Assembly: GCA_965249725.1 (NCBI GenBank)
Contig: CBDFMQ010000002.1
Location: 1,472,001 to 1,536,000 of the forward strand
Origin: Longimicrobiales bacterium
GTDB lineage: Bacteria > Gemmatimonadota > Gemmatimonadetes > Longimicrobiales > Gaopeijiaceae
Direction of reading: 5' to 3'
Length of the DNA stretch: 64,000 nt
Shown: piece by piece, positions 29,757 to 40,355 of the stretch
How the letters are laid out: each line of letters begins with the position of its first letter
How positions within the stretch are numbered: position 1 is the stretch's first letter
The notes under the pieces: model-generated
Databases searched by the model: none
What the model saw: the letters and a program-made list of their open reading frames with translations, nothing else
What the model was told of the DNA's origin: nothing
Translations under genes and position numbers: made by a program

Positions 29757-31505
29757 CTACCGGCCTCGCTTGATGATCGCTTCCTGGATCTCGATGTAGG
29801 TGCCAACCGCATCGAGGAACTGTTGGAAGTTGATGGACGGAGTTCGGTCGGCATAGCCCTTGGACCGACGGAAGAGCGTCATTGCTTGCTGGAAGAGAGG
29901 CAATGACCGGTTGGCCGTCTCCACCGTCTCAGCTGATCCAACCGCCATCCCGCTGTAATAGAGGCTGTACGCGTGGTAGAAATCGAACTGCTCGCGCACC
30001 TGGGTGGTGACCTCGAACTCCTTGGCCTTTCTAATCAACTCGATGAACCGACCGTAGTTCTTCTGGGTGGGCTGTATGTAGCTCCTATAGGCGTGGCTGA
30101 AGATCATGTTCCCCGCCTGATCCGCCGCCGAGCCATTCGCTACAGCCTGCTGGAGCACGGGCACCGCGTCATCGACGCGCCCTACCTCGAGCAGCCAGTT
30201 CCCCATCCGCAGGTGCAGGTTGGGCCAATCAGGGTCGATCCCCTCGATCGTACCGAGGGCAACCACGGCCTCGTCCACCTGGCCGGCCTCCTTAAGCGCT
30301 CTCGCGTGGATATCCCACAGCGAAGCCTCTTCGGCATGTGACTCCAGCGCACGGCCGGAGAATTCGGCCGACGCGGCGGCATCACCCAACTGGAGGTGGG
30401 CCGCGGCCACATTGCGCAGCTGGGTGACCAGTGTCTCTCCACCCTTGGCCTCGAAGACCCTCTCGTACGCCTCGATGGCCTTTCGGTAGAGATCGGCGAC
30501 CTCGGGGGTCATCCCCTCGCCGCCATCGACCTGAGCCTCGCTGCGGACCTGCTCGGCCCCGGCGAAGGCGAAGTTCCCAACCTGCTCGTAGTAATCGATG
30601 TTCTCCGCATCGAGCGCGATGCCTTCGTCGATGAGCTCCATGGCACCGAGGGGGTCGCCCTCCTGAGCCAAGTCATAGGCGACCCGCATACGCACGGTGG
30701 CGTTGTTCGGATCGAGCTCCAGGTACTGACGATAATAATCGCGAGCGAGTTCCTCGTCGCCGCGGTTGATCGCGACGAAACCACCCAACAGAAGTGCGTT
30801 CTCATGGAACGGATCCCGCTCCAACAGGCGCTGGACCTCTTCGAGTGACTCATCCCAGCGCTCGGTCTGCCGGAGAACGTTGGCACGCGCATACCGAACC
30901 GAGTTCGCGTTCGGGTTCAGCTCGAGCGCGCGGTCACAGTTCTCGAGGGAGCTGTCCCACTGCTGGCTCTGAGCATAGTCGACGCAGAACACGGCTACGC
31001 GGGTCTGTTCCACGAAGAGCTTGAAGAGATCGACGATCTGCGAGGCCGCTTGCTCTTCCATCTTGTCGGCCGACGTAACCGGGTCAACGACAAATTCCTC
31101 GCCCGTGTTCGAGTCCACGAACTTGATGTTCTGGATCTCCCAACGCGCCTTGGTGCCGGTGTACTCGGCGCACAACACGACCTCGTAGTTCATCTGCGCT
31201 GCAAGCTGACGGGCCTGGATGCAGGTGAGGTTCTCCATCTTCAGGTCGAAACGCTTGAGCGCGTTCTTAATATCCTTCTCGCTCACCGCGGTGTGGGTGT
31301 TCAGATCACTGATCTGATCCCGCAGCTTATCGGCCAGCTTCTCACCGAACCCTTTGTTCTCCCCATTCATGGGGCGGAAGTCAGGAATGAGAACACGGAA
31401 GCGGCTGCTTACGGTCTGCTGGGCCTCAATGGCCGTGCTACCCAACACTGGCAACGCGAATAGTACGGCAGTAATCACACCCAGACGTCGACGTCCAGTC
31501 ATCAT
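29757..31505 (-). CDS. Secreted tetratricopeptide-repeat protein
   Basis: Signal peptide (AIEAQ), N-terminal RVLIPDF alpha/beta domain, repeated ALELNP / YLELDP helical motifs. Confidence 0.85.
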   Translation of the reverse strand: MMTGRRRLGVITAVLFALPVLGSTAIEAQQTVSSRFRVLIPDFRPMNGENKGFGEKLADKLRDQISDLNTHTAVSEKDIKNALKRFDLKMENLTCIQARQLAAQMNYEVVLCAEYTGTKARWEIQNIKFVDSNTGEEFVVDPVTSADKMEEQAASQIVDLFKLFVEQTRVAVFCVDYAQSQQWDSSLENCDRALELNPNANSVRYARANVLRQTERWDESLEEVQRLLERDPFHENALLLGGFVAINRGDEELARDYYRQYLELDPNNATVRMRVAYDLAQEGDPLGAMELIDEGIALDAENIDYYEQVGNFAFAGAEQVRSEAQVDGGEGMTPEVADLYRKAIEAYERVFEAKGGETLVTQLRNVAAAHLQLGDAAASAEFSGRALESHAEEASLWDIHARALKEAGQVDEAVVALGTIEGIDPDWPNLHLRMGNWLLEVGRVDDAVPVLQQAVANGSAADQAGNMIFSHAYRSYIQPTQKNYGRFIELIRKAKEFEVTTQVREQFDFYHAYSLYYSGMAVGSAETVETANRSLPLFQQAMTLFRRSKGYADRTPSINFQQFLDAVGTYIEIQEAIIKRGR

Positions 31506-31770
31506 CCTCACTCCTGGATCGAATCCTTAAAACATTAGACTCCGGCGGTCCCCTCTTCGGGCTCCGCTGGAGCGTTGGCGAACTTGTGGCCTTTCATGTC
31601 TCTGAGGCCAGCAATAGAAAATATGCAGGGTGCCCAGGAGGTCAACCGCCTTCTCCACACCCTGGCTTATCGGTAATACCGCCCGATGGCCAAATTTGTT
31701 ACAGCGCATGATTCCGCAGTGATGAGTGAATACTTCTGAACCGCGCCCCCCCGCCCGTCTCCAAGTTCAC

Positions 31771-32235
31771 CTAACCCCCCGGAGATTCAGCTCTGTCGAC
31801 CCGTTCGGCGACCTCCGGAAATGGTCCGTCCATCGCCTCGAGCGCGGCCCGAATCGCGTCCGGCACGGTCGTAGAGGTCTGTGCGGCGTAGTCGTACATC
31901 ACCTGCACACTGCTGCCGGACACGAGCACATCGCCCTCCGGCGACCGGGCCTCGTACTCCATGACGAAGTGCTTATCGGCGACGTGCGTGACTCGGACGC
32001 ACACCTCCACCGTCATCGGATAGAGAATCCGTAGGTGGTATCGCACCCCTACCTCTGCCATCACGTACCGCACGTCGTCTATACTCTGCGTGCCCACGAC
32101 TTCACCCCAGTACGCCCAACGGGCTTCCTCGAAGTAGATGAGCGCCCTGGAATGATGGGCATGTCCATAGGCATCGATGTCCTGGAATCGGACGCCGACG
32201 GGGAGTCGGAACCGGAAGAGGTCAGGATCGGACAT
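31771..32235 (-). CDS. Acyl-CoA thioesterase (4HBT family)
   Basis: VRFQDIDAYGHAHH..LIYFEEAR hot-dog-fold motif. Confidence 0.88.
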   Translation of the reverse strand: MSDPDLFRFRLPVGVRFQDIDAYGHAHHSRALIYFEEARWAYWGEVVGTQSIDDVRYVMAEVGVRYHLRILYPMTVEVCVRVTHVADKHFVMEYEARSPEGDVLVSGSSVQVMYDYAAQTSTTVPDAIRAALEAMDGPFPEVAERVDRAESPGG

Positions 32236-32360
32236 GCATGGCTCCTGGAGCTGTGTTTCGCGGATGGCTCGACGCCCTATTCTCCCGAGACCGTCGTGAG
32301 AACGCAAAGGTCTACATCAAACCTCTGGATCTCAGTGGATCCTTGGGCTTAGTCTTCAGA

Positions 32361-33266
32361 ATGGACAAGCGGACGCTTCCACCCATCCTCAGGAGCCAGA
32401 CAGTGCCTCCGTCGCAACCGTCTACTCGCCTGTGGTCCACTCCGGGCCTGTTCGCCGTGCTGCTCGGCTCCTCGATCCTCACCACCGCCTGTGTGTCGGG
32501 CGGAGGCCCGCCCTCGTCGATGGTGGTGGCACCGGAGTCCGTTTGGCAGAGCCTGAGGCGGCCACGGCCTCAACCGCTCGCCACGGCCCCCCGCATCTCG
32601 GTGGGCGAGGTGATCCTCGTCGGGGGAGCGTGGCCGGAAGAGTCTGCGGTGTCGCACACCATCGGACTCCAAGAGCTCGTGGCCGCTGGCCTCATCCGGC
32701 GACGGGACGTTCAGTTCGTGGAACGGAGGAGGTTCTCCGCCGCCGTGGAGCGAGAGGCCCGAGGGTTGCCCCCACTGCGCAACTCGCCAGCCCCGGGGGT
32801 CTCGCCCGGCGCCCAGCTCCAACTAGCGGGAAGCTGGATCCCGTCTGGAGGCTCGGCGATCCTGGACCTGAGACTCATCGATGTGGAGACGAGCGCCATC
32901 GTGGCAGCGTGGAGGACGACGACCCCGCAGGCAGTCGACCCGACTGCTGTGGCCCGCACCATCGTGGGTTCCACGATCTCTGCCCTCCAGGAGTTGGGGC
33001 GGGTGCCAGCCTGGACCGACCCGCTGGCGAGCGCCAGCATCGCTCCCTCACCCACCGAGTACACTCCCTCTGGCATATCCACCCAAGCGGTCGCCGCGTT
33101 CCTCCGAGGGGTGGCGGCCGAGGACAGGTTCGATTGGGAGACGGCACGTCGCGCCTATCAGCAGGCCATTGAGTCGGCTGGTGCCGGCTTCTTCGAGCCG
33201 GACCTGGCTTTGGCAAGGGTCGCGCGGCTGCGAGCCGGGGGCACGCTGGGCGCCAGCGACGACTAG
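32361..33266 (+). CDS. Hypothetical lipoprotein with CsgG-like domain
   Basis: Lipobox-like LTTAC, VQFVERRR, LDLRLIDVETSAIV, C-terminal TPR-like helix pair; start uncertain. Confidence 0.55.
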   Translation: MDKRTLPPILRSQTVPPSQPSTRLWSTPGLFAVLLGSSILTTACVSGGGPPSSMVVAPESVWQSLRRPRPQPLATAPRISVGEVILVGGAWPEESAVSHTIGLQELVAAGLIRRRDVQFVERRRFSAAVEREARGLPPLRNSPAPGVSPGAQLQLAGSWIPSGGSAILDLRLIDVETSAIVAAWRTTTPQAVDPTAVARTIVGSTISALQELGRVPAWTDPLASASIAPSPTEYTPSGISTQAVAAFLRGVAAEDRFDWETARRAYQQAIESAGAGFFEPDLALARVARLRAGGTLGASDD

Positions 33267-33351
33267 AGGGTATTCGGAGCAAAGTCCGTAGCCTCGGCGG
33301 AAGACACGCGGTGCCTTCTCGACCTGAAATCTCCCCCCACCCGTCGGAGTC

Positions 33352-35448
33352 ATGTCGAACGGCGACACCCTTCATGTTCTGCTGGTCGAGGACAATCCCG
33401 GAGAACGATGGCTGTTCTCCGAGATCCTGAGATCTCGTGGACATATCGTCGCTGCTTGCGACGATGGAGAGTCCGCGTGGGATGCGTTTCGTGAGCAGCC
33501 CTCGCCTCTCGTTCTCCTCGACCTGGTAATGCCGGGAATCGACGGCCTGGAGCTGACTCGGCGGATCCGAAACAGCCCGGGGGGAGACCAGCCGGTGATC
33601 TTGGTCGTGACCGCGAAGAACGAGCCCGACGTCCTCGAGTCGGTGCTCGAGGCCGGTGCCAACGATTACGTGGCCAAGCCGGTGGACATCGCGCTCCTCA
33701 ACATCCGCCTGGCCGTGGCCGAGCGTGAGGTCCGGACGCAAGCGGAGCGGGCGGCGACTCAAGCCGCGCTGCTGGCCACGACCAGTGAGCTGAGCACGCT
33801 CTTCGAGAGCCTGGACGAGGTCTTCTTCTCTGTGGACGTCCCGGAGGACCGGCTCATCCAGGTCTCACAGGCTGCTCAAGCCGTGCTCGGCGTCACCCCG
33901 AAGAGGCTCCTCGGCGACTCCGACCTCTGGCACGAGTTTCTCTATCCGGCCGCGCTAACTAGCGCAGATTCCACTTTGGCGGGAGTCGCTCCTGGCGAGT
34001 CCTTCACACACAGCTATCAAACACAGACTCCCAAGGGAGAGGATCGCTGGATCGAGGCCACACTGAAGCCTCACCTGGCCGACGACGAAACCCTGCTGCG
34101 CATCGACGGCATCATTTCGGACGTGACGGAACGGCATCGGGCTCAAGCGGAGTTGGCAGCCCAGAATGAAGAGCTGACGACCCTGTACCGGATTTCGGAG
34201 CTGTCTCTCGCGGCGGAGAGCCTAGGTGGGGCCCTCGATGACATTCTCGAGGAGGTGAGCCGCGCCACCCGCTGTCCCATCGTCGTCATCGAACGTTACG
34301 ACGCGGAGCGGGACGCCATGGTCTTCATGGCTAGCAAGGGGGTTCCCCTGCCCGAGGACGGGGAACCCATCGTCATTCCCGTGCACAAGACTCTGTCGGG
34401 ATTGGCGGTCCAGAAAGCCAAGCCCGTGGTCGAACGAGATGCTCGCTCCAAGAAGCGCCATGCCGACGAGGTTTTCCGCGACCTGGGCATCCAGACGTAT
34501 ATGGCGTTCCCGATGGTGATAGGAGGCGAGGTCGTCGGCACCTTGACGCTCGCCCATACGGAGGAGCTGGAGCCGGACCAGTGGGTGAGTCGCCTGGCGA
34601 CCAGTCTGGCACATACCATTGCCGGGCTCATGGACCGAGTCGGTGCGGCCGAGGCGTTGCGACAGAGCGAGGCGGAGTTCCGGACGCTCGCGGGACAGCT
34701 CCAGCAGGCGAACGATGAACTCGAGGCCTTCGCATACTCGGTCTCGCACGACCTCCGTACGCCGCTGCGCACCATGACCGGATTCGCTCACGCCCTGCTG
34801 GAGACCTTGGGGGAGGATGCGAACAAGGACGCGAAGAACTTCGCCGAGCGAATCATCACTTCGGGTGCCTGGGCCGAAGACCTGATCTCTGACCTCCTGG
34901 ACTACAGCCGCCTTACCTTCGAAGCCCTGGAACTTCAGTCGATCGACCTGAAGGAGGTCGTGGAGTCGGTGCTGGAGCAGGTTGGTCCCGCGCTGAAGAA
35001 CCTCAAGGCTGATATTCAGGTGGATGAGGACCTTCCTACCGTGATGGCCCAGAAGACGATCCTCACACAGATCCTGTCGAACCTGGTGACCAATGCAGCC
35101 AAGTTTGTGCCGGAGGAACGCACGCCCGAGATCGGGATCCGGTGCGAGGAGCGCGAGGAGCACGAGGAGCGCATACGAATCTGGGTAGAAGACAACGGAA
35201 TCGGCGTCCCCGAAGGCCAGGAGGAACGCATCTTCGGTGTCTTCGAGCGACTCGACGAGTCCTCTGAGCGTCCCGGTACCGGCATTGGCCTGGCCATCGT
35301 GCGGCGTGGCATGGAGCGGATCGGCGGAGAGGCGGGAGTCGAGCGGCGGGCGGTGGGAAGCGCCTTCTGGGTCGACATCCCCAGAGAGCTGAAGAGAAGT
35401 TGGAAGCCGTGGATTCGACGGCGGGAACGAACCGACACCGACGTATGA
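33352..35448 (+). CDS. Hybrid sensor histidine kinase (REC-PAS-GAF-HisKA-HATPase)
   Basis: LLVEDN..LLDLVMPGIDG, FAYSVSHDLRTPLR, NLVTNAAKF, DNGIG, GTGIGLAIV. Confidence 0.92.
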   Translation: MSNGDTLHVLLVEDNPGERWLFSEILRSRGHIVAACDDGESAWDAFREQPSPLVLLDLVMPGIDGLELTRRIRNSPGGDQPVILVVTAKNEPDVLESVLEAGANDYVAKPVDIALLNIRLAVAEREVRTQAERAATQAALLATTSELSTLFESLDEVFFSVDVPEDRLIQVSQAAQAVLGVTPKRLLGDSDLWHEFLYPAALTSADSTLAGVAPGESFTHSYQTQTPKGEDRWIEATLKPHLADDETLLRIDGIISDVTERHRAQAELAAQNEELTTLYRISELSLAAESLGGALDDILEEVSRATRCPIVVIERYDAERDAMVFMASKGVPLPEDGEPIVIPVHKTLSGLAVQKAKPVVERDARSKKRHADEVFRDLGIQTYMAFPMVIGGEVVGTLTLAHTEELEPDQWVSRLATSLAHTIAGLMDRVGAAEALRQSEAEFRTLAGQLQQANDELEAFAYSVSHDLRTPLRTMTGFAHALLETLGEDANKDAKNFAERIITSGAWAEDLISDLLDYSRLTFEALELQSIDLKEVVESVLEQVGPALKNLKADIQVDEDLPTVMAQKTILTQILSNLVTNAAKFVPEERTPEIGIRCEEREEHEERIRIWVEDNGIGVPEGQEERIFGVFERLDESSERPGTGIGLAIVRRGMERIGGEAGVERRAVGSAFWVDIPRELKRSWKPWIRRRERTDTDV

Positions 35449-35453
35449 ACGCC

Positions 35454-35485
35454 AGAGCGGCCCCAGCCTAGAGGCTGGAGCCGCT
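35454..35485. terminator. Hairpin between convergent genes
   Basis: GAGCGGCCCCAGCC-TAGA-GGCTGGAGCCGCTC near-perfect stem; no U tract. Confidence 0.45.
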
Positions 35486-35534
35486 CCGATTCCGAGACCC
35501 GCGTGGGATCTCGAGGGCTCTTCGGGAGCGATCC

Positions 35535-36626
35535 CTACCGGCGAGCCAACCGGACACTCCCGGAGCCCGTATCGATGTTGATCCGGCCCCTGCCATCTCC
35601 GATCGAGCCGACCACGTGATCCCGGTCCGCGCGTCGGATCTGCACCGGGAAGTCCAGGTCGATGCCCCCATTCCCAGACTCCACTTCGAGCTCCGCGCCG
35701 GCCCCTTCCGGTATCCACACGGTCACTGAACCGGACCCCGTGTCCACCATCAAAGTCTCGATGTCCTGCAACAGCTCCACCCGCACACTGCCGCTTCCCG
35801 TGTCCAGATAGACGTCCCCGGACGCCACCTGCTCGAGCTCGATGCCCCCGGAACCGGTATCCACCCGGACGGTCCCGGCGCTGAGATTCAGGCCGGTGAC
35901 GCTGCCGGAGCCCGTATCGACGTTGATCTCGCTACCCCGAACGTCCTCCACGTCGACTCGACCGGATCCCGTGTCCACCTCCACATCCCCCTCGACCCTG
36001 AGCACGGACACCTGGCCGGAACCGGTGTCCACATTCAAAGATCCTTCGATGTCTTGAGCCGTCACCTCACCCGAACCGGTGTCGATGATGAAGTCACCTT
36101 CCACCCCACGGATGTCCGTGGCGCCGACCGCCAGGTAGAGAGCGAATTCCGTCCCGTCAGGGACCTCGATCTCGAGGTCGGCAGAGGCCTCGAGTCCACG
36201 GCCGGAACCGCGGACCTCGACCCGATCCCCACGACTACGACGACCACCATCGTAGAAGGTACCGTCGCTGTTCACCTGCACCGTTGTGCTCGATCCCCTG
36301 CCGAGCTCGGGATATATGATCCGGTCGCTCGGGTAGATCACCCGCAGCGCCTCGGCTCCATCCACTCTGCCGACTTCGATCTCGAGGTCGGCGGCATCGG
36401 ACCCTTGCGTGATCACCCGCACCACCACGTCCGAACCTTGACCTCGTGTGATTCGGGCCTCACCCGCCAGGTTGTATGCGGCCACGTCCCCACCGGAGAG
36501 CCGGAACTCCTCAGAGCTCTGCCCGGCGACGGCCGGTGCCGTGACCATGAGAGCCGCTGCAGCCACCGTCAGGCGAGGGAGCACGCTCCTTAGCGTCATG
36601 TCGTTCATTACCAGTTTCCTTATCAC
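35535..36626 (-). CDS. DUF4097-like beta-strand repeat secreted protein
   Basis: Signal peptide and many DTGSG repeats. Confidence 0.85.
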   Translation of the reverse strand: MIRKLVMNDMTLRSVLPRLTVAAAALMVTAPAVAGQSSEEFRLSGGDVAAYNLAGEARITRGQGSDVVVRVITQGSDAADLEIEVGRVDGAEALRVIYPSDRIIYPELGRGSSTTVQVNSDGTFYDGGRRSRGDRVEVRGSGRGLEASADLEIEVPDGTEFALYLAVGATDIRGVEGDFIIDTGSGEVTAQDIEGSLNVDTGSGQVSVLRVEGDVEVDTGSGRVDVEDVRGSEINVDTGSGSVTGLNLSAGTVRVDTGSGGIELEQVASGDVYLDTGSGSVRVELLQDIETLMVDTGSGSVTVWIPEGAGAELEVESGNGGIDLDFPVQIRRADRDHVVGSIGDGRGRINIDTGSGSVRLARR

Positions 36627-37619
36627 CTAATGAAGGTGGATGGACCCGTTTACGGTCTTGAGGCTGAGCTCCGGGCCGCCTTCACCAAGAGCACCTCGTG
36701 CCGCGTGCTTGGACAAGCGTCCCACCAGCTCGAGCGGCAGATCGGCTTCCAGGCTCCCGTTCACCCACTTGGCGTCCACATCTGCGTCGATGTCATCGGG
36801 CACGTCGAGGGTGATGCTCCCGTTCACCGTGGAGAAGCTCAATCCGCGCTGGACATCGAAGCTGCCCATGGCCGCCTCGATGGACCCGTTCACGGTGTTG
36901 GCCTCCGCATAGCCGGTGGTCGCGATCTCGATGTCGCCGTTGACCGTATGGGCGTTCACGTCAGAAGAGAGATCGTTCACCTCGACATCTCCGTTCACGG
37001 TGCGGCCTCGGAACTCGACTCCAGCGGGCACCTTCACGTAGAAGGTCACCTGCACGTCGTTGTTGCGGACGTTGTTGCGTCCACCAGAACCAGGCTCACA
37101 CGAGTTCTCTTCCCCCCGCGACGAGGGATAGACGGCGCAGACCGTGACCCCGTCCGAGTGCTCGATGACCTCGATTCTCACTTCGTCCGGGTCGTTTCGG
37201 CGGGCCCTCTTCTCGGCACGCACTTCGATCTCCGAGCCATCTGCCAACTCGGCGATCACGTCACCGTTCACGCCCTTGATCTCGATCGACTCGCCGGTGG
37301 AAACTGCGCCGCTCCAAGTGAAGTCGCCGACCTGTTGGGCCCCCTGCTGGGCCCCCGTGTCGCGCACCCTGACGTCCACCTCGACGTGGGTGTCACGCGC
37401 ACTACGGGTATCGCCGGTATCCCGGTCGTGGCTACGGCCGAAGAAGCTGCCCAACTTGTGGCTGACGGCCATGGCGACCCTCTCAGCTTTGTGCGCGACC
37501 GCCCTCGATCCGTCGATCAGTCCACCCGACATCGCGTTCCCGCTCCGCGCCTGGGCAACAGTAAGCACCCCCGCGGCCACGATAGCGGCCATCGCCGCCA
37601 TCCGATTCACACCCTTCAT
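36627..37619 (-). CDS. DUF4097-like beta-strand repeat protein
   Basis: Repeated TVNG(D/S) motifs; AGGAGG RBS before ATG 37619. Confidence 0.85.
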   Translation of the reverse strand: MKGVNRMAAMAAIVAAGVLTVAQARSGNAMSGGLIDGSRAVAHKAERVAMAVSHKLGSFFGRSHDRDTGDTRSARDTHVEVDVRVRDTGAQQGAQQVGDFTWSGAVSTGESIEIKGVNGDVIAELADGSEIEVRAEKRARRNDPDEVRIEVIEHSDGVTVCAVYPSSRGEENSCEPGSGGRNNVRNNDVQVTFYVKVPAGVEFRGRTVNGDVEVNDLSSDVNAHTVNGDIEIATTGYAEANTVNGSIEAAMGSFDVQRGLSFSTVNGSITLDVPDDIDADVDAKWVNGSLEADLPLELVGRLSKHAARGALGEGGPELSLKTVNGSIHLH

Positions 37620-37680
37620 TCTTCCTCCTTGACCCGCAGCCATGCGCCGACCGAAGGGTCCGGCGCTCCCCATAGAACTC

Positions 37681-38544
37681 TCATCGATCGGGCGTGCCGC
37701 TATCACGCAGCAGGCGGATGGCCCCGTCGAATGCCTGCAACCGCACCCGGGCCCCACCTCCACCCAACTCGAAACTCAACTCTCTACCGCTCTCCAACCT
37801 CTGAAGCAGGATCGGGAATTCCGTCTCGAACTCCCCGTCGTACGTGGCGACCGACACGTCCGCGTTCACGTCCCCCTGAACTTCGAACGAGATGTCACCG
37901 TCGTGGGTCACCAGCTCGTACTCACCATCGGAATGCACCGATCCCGAGAAGTGGATATGACCGTCCACGGTGCTGGCGGACACGATTCCGGCATCCACAT
38001 CCACGAGATCGATATCGCCGTCATTGGCGTCGATGTAGAGATCCCCCTGGACGTCGCGGAGGCTCACGTCATCGTCCAACGACGTGAGTTCGAACCGTCC
38101 ACTCGACTGTCTCACCTCCATGAAGCCCTCGAGAGTCCTCGCCACCACCTCACCCGTGTGGTCTCGCACGGAGACGTCACCCTCCCGGGTCGTCACCTCC
38201 AGCGCCGCACGCAGCCCCTCGACCGTCACGTCCAACTCCCTCCCGCGAATCTCCACCTCGAGCCATGCCGGCACGAGCACCACATAGGACCGATGTCGGT
38301 CCCTCCCCTTCCGATCGGAGGCACGAATTTCGATGCGACCTCCCGTTCGGTCGATGCTTATCGGAGCACCGCGCCGTTCCTCGAACTCGACACTCACTTC
38401 CGACCGGTCCCACGTCCGTACGTCGAGATCGCCCGAAAAGTTTTCGATGACGATGACATCGCCGCGCCGCACCGACACGACCGTGTCAGCCGGCGGTGGG
38501 ACGACTACCAAGATGCCTGTGAGAAGCGCCGCGATCATCGTCAC
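37681..38544 (-). CDS. DUF4097-like beta-strand repeat protein
   Basis: TREGDV, TLEG, ANDGDI, TVDGHI, THDGDI, TYDGEF repeats; N-terminal hydrophobic segment. Confidence 0.8.
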   Translation of the reverse strand: MTMIAALLTGILVVVPPPADTVVSVRRGDVIVIENFSGDLDVRTWDRSEVSVEFEERRGAPISIDRTGGRIEIRASDRKGRDRHRSYVVLVPAWLEVEIRGRELDVTVEGLRAALEVTTREGDVSVRDHTGEVVARTLEGFMEVRQSSGRFELTSLDDDVSLRDVQGDLYIDANDGDIDLVDVDAGIVSASTVDGHIHFSGSVHSDGEYELVTHDGDISFEVQGDVNADVSVATYDGEFETEFPILLQRLESGRELSFELGGGGARVRLQAFDGAIRLLRDSGTPDR

Positions 38545-38548
38545 GTCC

Positions 38549-39262
38549 TCAGCCTCTCACCCAGCCAGAGATGTCCGAAGCATCCCTCAGGTAGTCGACC
38601 TTGCGCTCGAAGGCCCGCCCCAAGTGCTCGAGCAGGTACTCGTTGCCCGGATCCGCGGCCAAGGCTTCGCTCGACTCCTCGATGGCACGGTCGATAATGG
38701 CCAGGTTCTTTTCGAGAATGCGCACCGTGTTGGGCGCCAGCTCATCGCGGTGGTCGGCGATGAGGGCCTCGAGCTGCGCCACCTCCTGCGTATAGCCGGC
38801 GAGGGCCGGTCGATCCGCCAGCGAGGCCGGGAGCACCACCGCGGAGGTCTCCGCACCGGCTACGGCACCCGCTTGAGGTGCCATGGGCCGGATAGACCAC
38901 GCAATGGCGCCCGAGGCCATGATCATGATGACGCTCGCCGCCACCAACTGGGTCACGCTGAGCCTGACTCGCCGGTCGACTTCAACCGGATGAGAACCTC
39001 CGATCCGGGCCGACAGATCGATGACCTGCTCGTCCTCCTGAGGCACGGCCTGGATGGCTTGGGCGATCCTGGTCCACAGGTCGTTTGCCGGGGCCGAGTC
39101 CTCGAGGTCACCCGCCCTGGCGACCACGGCTCTCAGTTCCTCCAGCAGCGTCCGACACTCCCCGCATGCAGCCAGGTGTGCCTCGACCTCCAGGCGCTCG
39201 GCCTGCTGCAGGTCGCCGTTCAGATAGTCCGACAGTTCGTCGGTCCAGTGTCTTTCCGTCAT
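38549..39262 (-). CDS. Zinc-finger (zf-HC2/ZAS) anti-sigma factor
   Basis: LSDYLNGDL..EAHLAACGEC (HxxxCxxC), single TM. Confidence 0.9.
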   Translation of the reverse strand: MTERHWTDELSDYLNGDLQQAERLEVEAHLAACGECRTLLEELRAVVARAGDLEDSAPANDLWTRIAQAIQAVPQEDEQVIDLSARIGGSHPVEVDRRVRLSVTQLVAASVIMIMASGAIAWSIRPMAPQAGAVAGAETSAVVLPASLADRPALAGYTQEVAQLEALIADHRDELAPNTVRILEKNLAIIDRAIEESSEALAADPGNEYLLEHLGRAFERKVDYLRDASDISGWVRG

Positions 39263-39309
39263 GGGTCTCTTCCTCAGGTCGGCTTACCGTGCCCTGATCC
39301 CCTTCGTCA

Positions 39310-39843
39310 TCAATCCAAGAACGTCCGTAACATCATGCGAGCGCGGTGGAGTTGGGACTTCGAGGTCCCGGTGCTGATCCCCATGCGCGTCGCAATCTCC
39401 TGATGGCTGTATCCCTCCACGTCGTAGAGGACGAATACCTCCCTCGCCCCCTCGGGAAGCCCCCCGACCGCCCTGTCGAAATCCAGGCCGAATCCGGGAA
39501 TGCCCTGTCGCCCCGACATCCTCTCCAGCATCTCCTGACCGCCCCCCCGCCTCGACTCCCGCTTCCGGAGGCTCTCTCGCCGAGTCAGGATCAGGTTCAC
39601 CGCCAGCCGGTGCAGCCAGGTCCCGAACGCCGATTCACCTCTGAACGTCGGCAGCTTCTGCCAGGCACGGATGAAGACCTCTTGGGTCAGATCATCCGCG
39701 ACATCATCGCCTGCCATTCGCCGAGCGAGGCTGTGAATCCTGGACACACTGCCATGATACAGTCGCTCGAAAGCGGCCGAAACTCCTGATGCGGCCAGAG
39801 TGACATCATTGCCCTCAGCCTTCATGGTGGCTCGGACGGCCAA
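39310..39843 (-). CDS. ECF RNA polymerase sigma factor
   Basis: DDLTQEVFIRAW, FGTWLHRLAVN, EGYSHQEIA..GTSKSQLHRAR. Confidence 0.93.
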   Translation of the reverse strand: MAVRATMKAEGNDVTLAASGVSAAFERLYHGSVSRIHSLARRMAGDDVADDLTQEVFIRAWQKLPTFRGESAFGTWLHRLAVNLILTRRESLRKRESRRGGGQEMLERMSGRQGIPGFGLDFDRAVGGLPEGAREVFVLYDVEGYSHQEIATRMGISTGTSKSQLHRARMMLRTFLD

Positions 39844-39892
39844 ATCGTTCAGCTCTCAGTACCGGCTCGAGGTTTGTCTTCCCAAACACTTG

Positions 39893-39917
39893 GACATCTC
39901 CCACCCCTCGGGGGTTG
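39893..39917 (-). promoter_or_regulatory. Candidate autoregulatory ECF promoter
   Basis: Minus strand CAACC-N16-TGTC about 50 nt upstream of the sigma gene. Confidence 0.35.
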
Positions 39918-40003
39918 GAACACCACCGCCTTGCGTAGGCGGAGCAGCAGGCGCGACCATTCGACACCCGCTGATCATAACTCCTACGGCATTGAGGTCG
40001 CTC

Positions 40004-40354
40004 ATGTTGTTTGCAGCACTGCCACTCCTCCAGGCCCCGCCGATCATGCCCATCGATCTGACGGCCCTCCTCGCCGTGTTCATGGGCATCTCCATCGTGC
40101 TCATACCGGTGTTGGGCATCACTGCGCGGTTCGCCTTGAAGCCGACGGTCGAGGCGTTGAGTCGCTTCTTCGATCGCAAAGGAGACGAAGAAGTGGTGTC
40201 GATCCTGGAGCGTAGGATGGCGCTGATGGAGCAGCAGATCGAGTCGATCGAGGCGAACGTCCATCGGCTGGTCGAAATGAACGAGTTCCATCACGAGCTG
40301 CAGTCGCCGGCCAAGGACCAGGCGCAACTCCCCGCCGGCAGCGATGGAGAGTAG
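40004..40354 (+). CDS. Small membrane protein with coiled coil
   Basis: One TM, then LERRMALMEQQIESIE; abuts the next gene. Confidence 0.7.
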   Translation: MLFAALPLLQAPPIMPIDLTALLAVFMGISIVLIPVLGITARFALKPTVEALSRFFDRKGDEEVVSILERRMALMEQQIESIEANVHRLVEMNEFHHELQSPAKDQAQLPAGSDGE

Positions 40355-40355
40355 G

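Noticed and set aside
35535..36200. Recurring GTGTCCAC/CCGGA DNA repeats
   Set aside because: Explained by DTGSG protein repeats of the DUF4097-like gene.
5258..38697. Long antisense ORFs (e.g. 5258..6616, 14637..16352, 34222..35718, 36630..38087)
   Set aside because: They mirror well-supported genes, as expected at high GC, and show no recognisable motifs.
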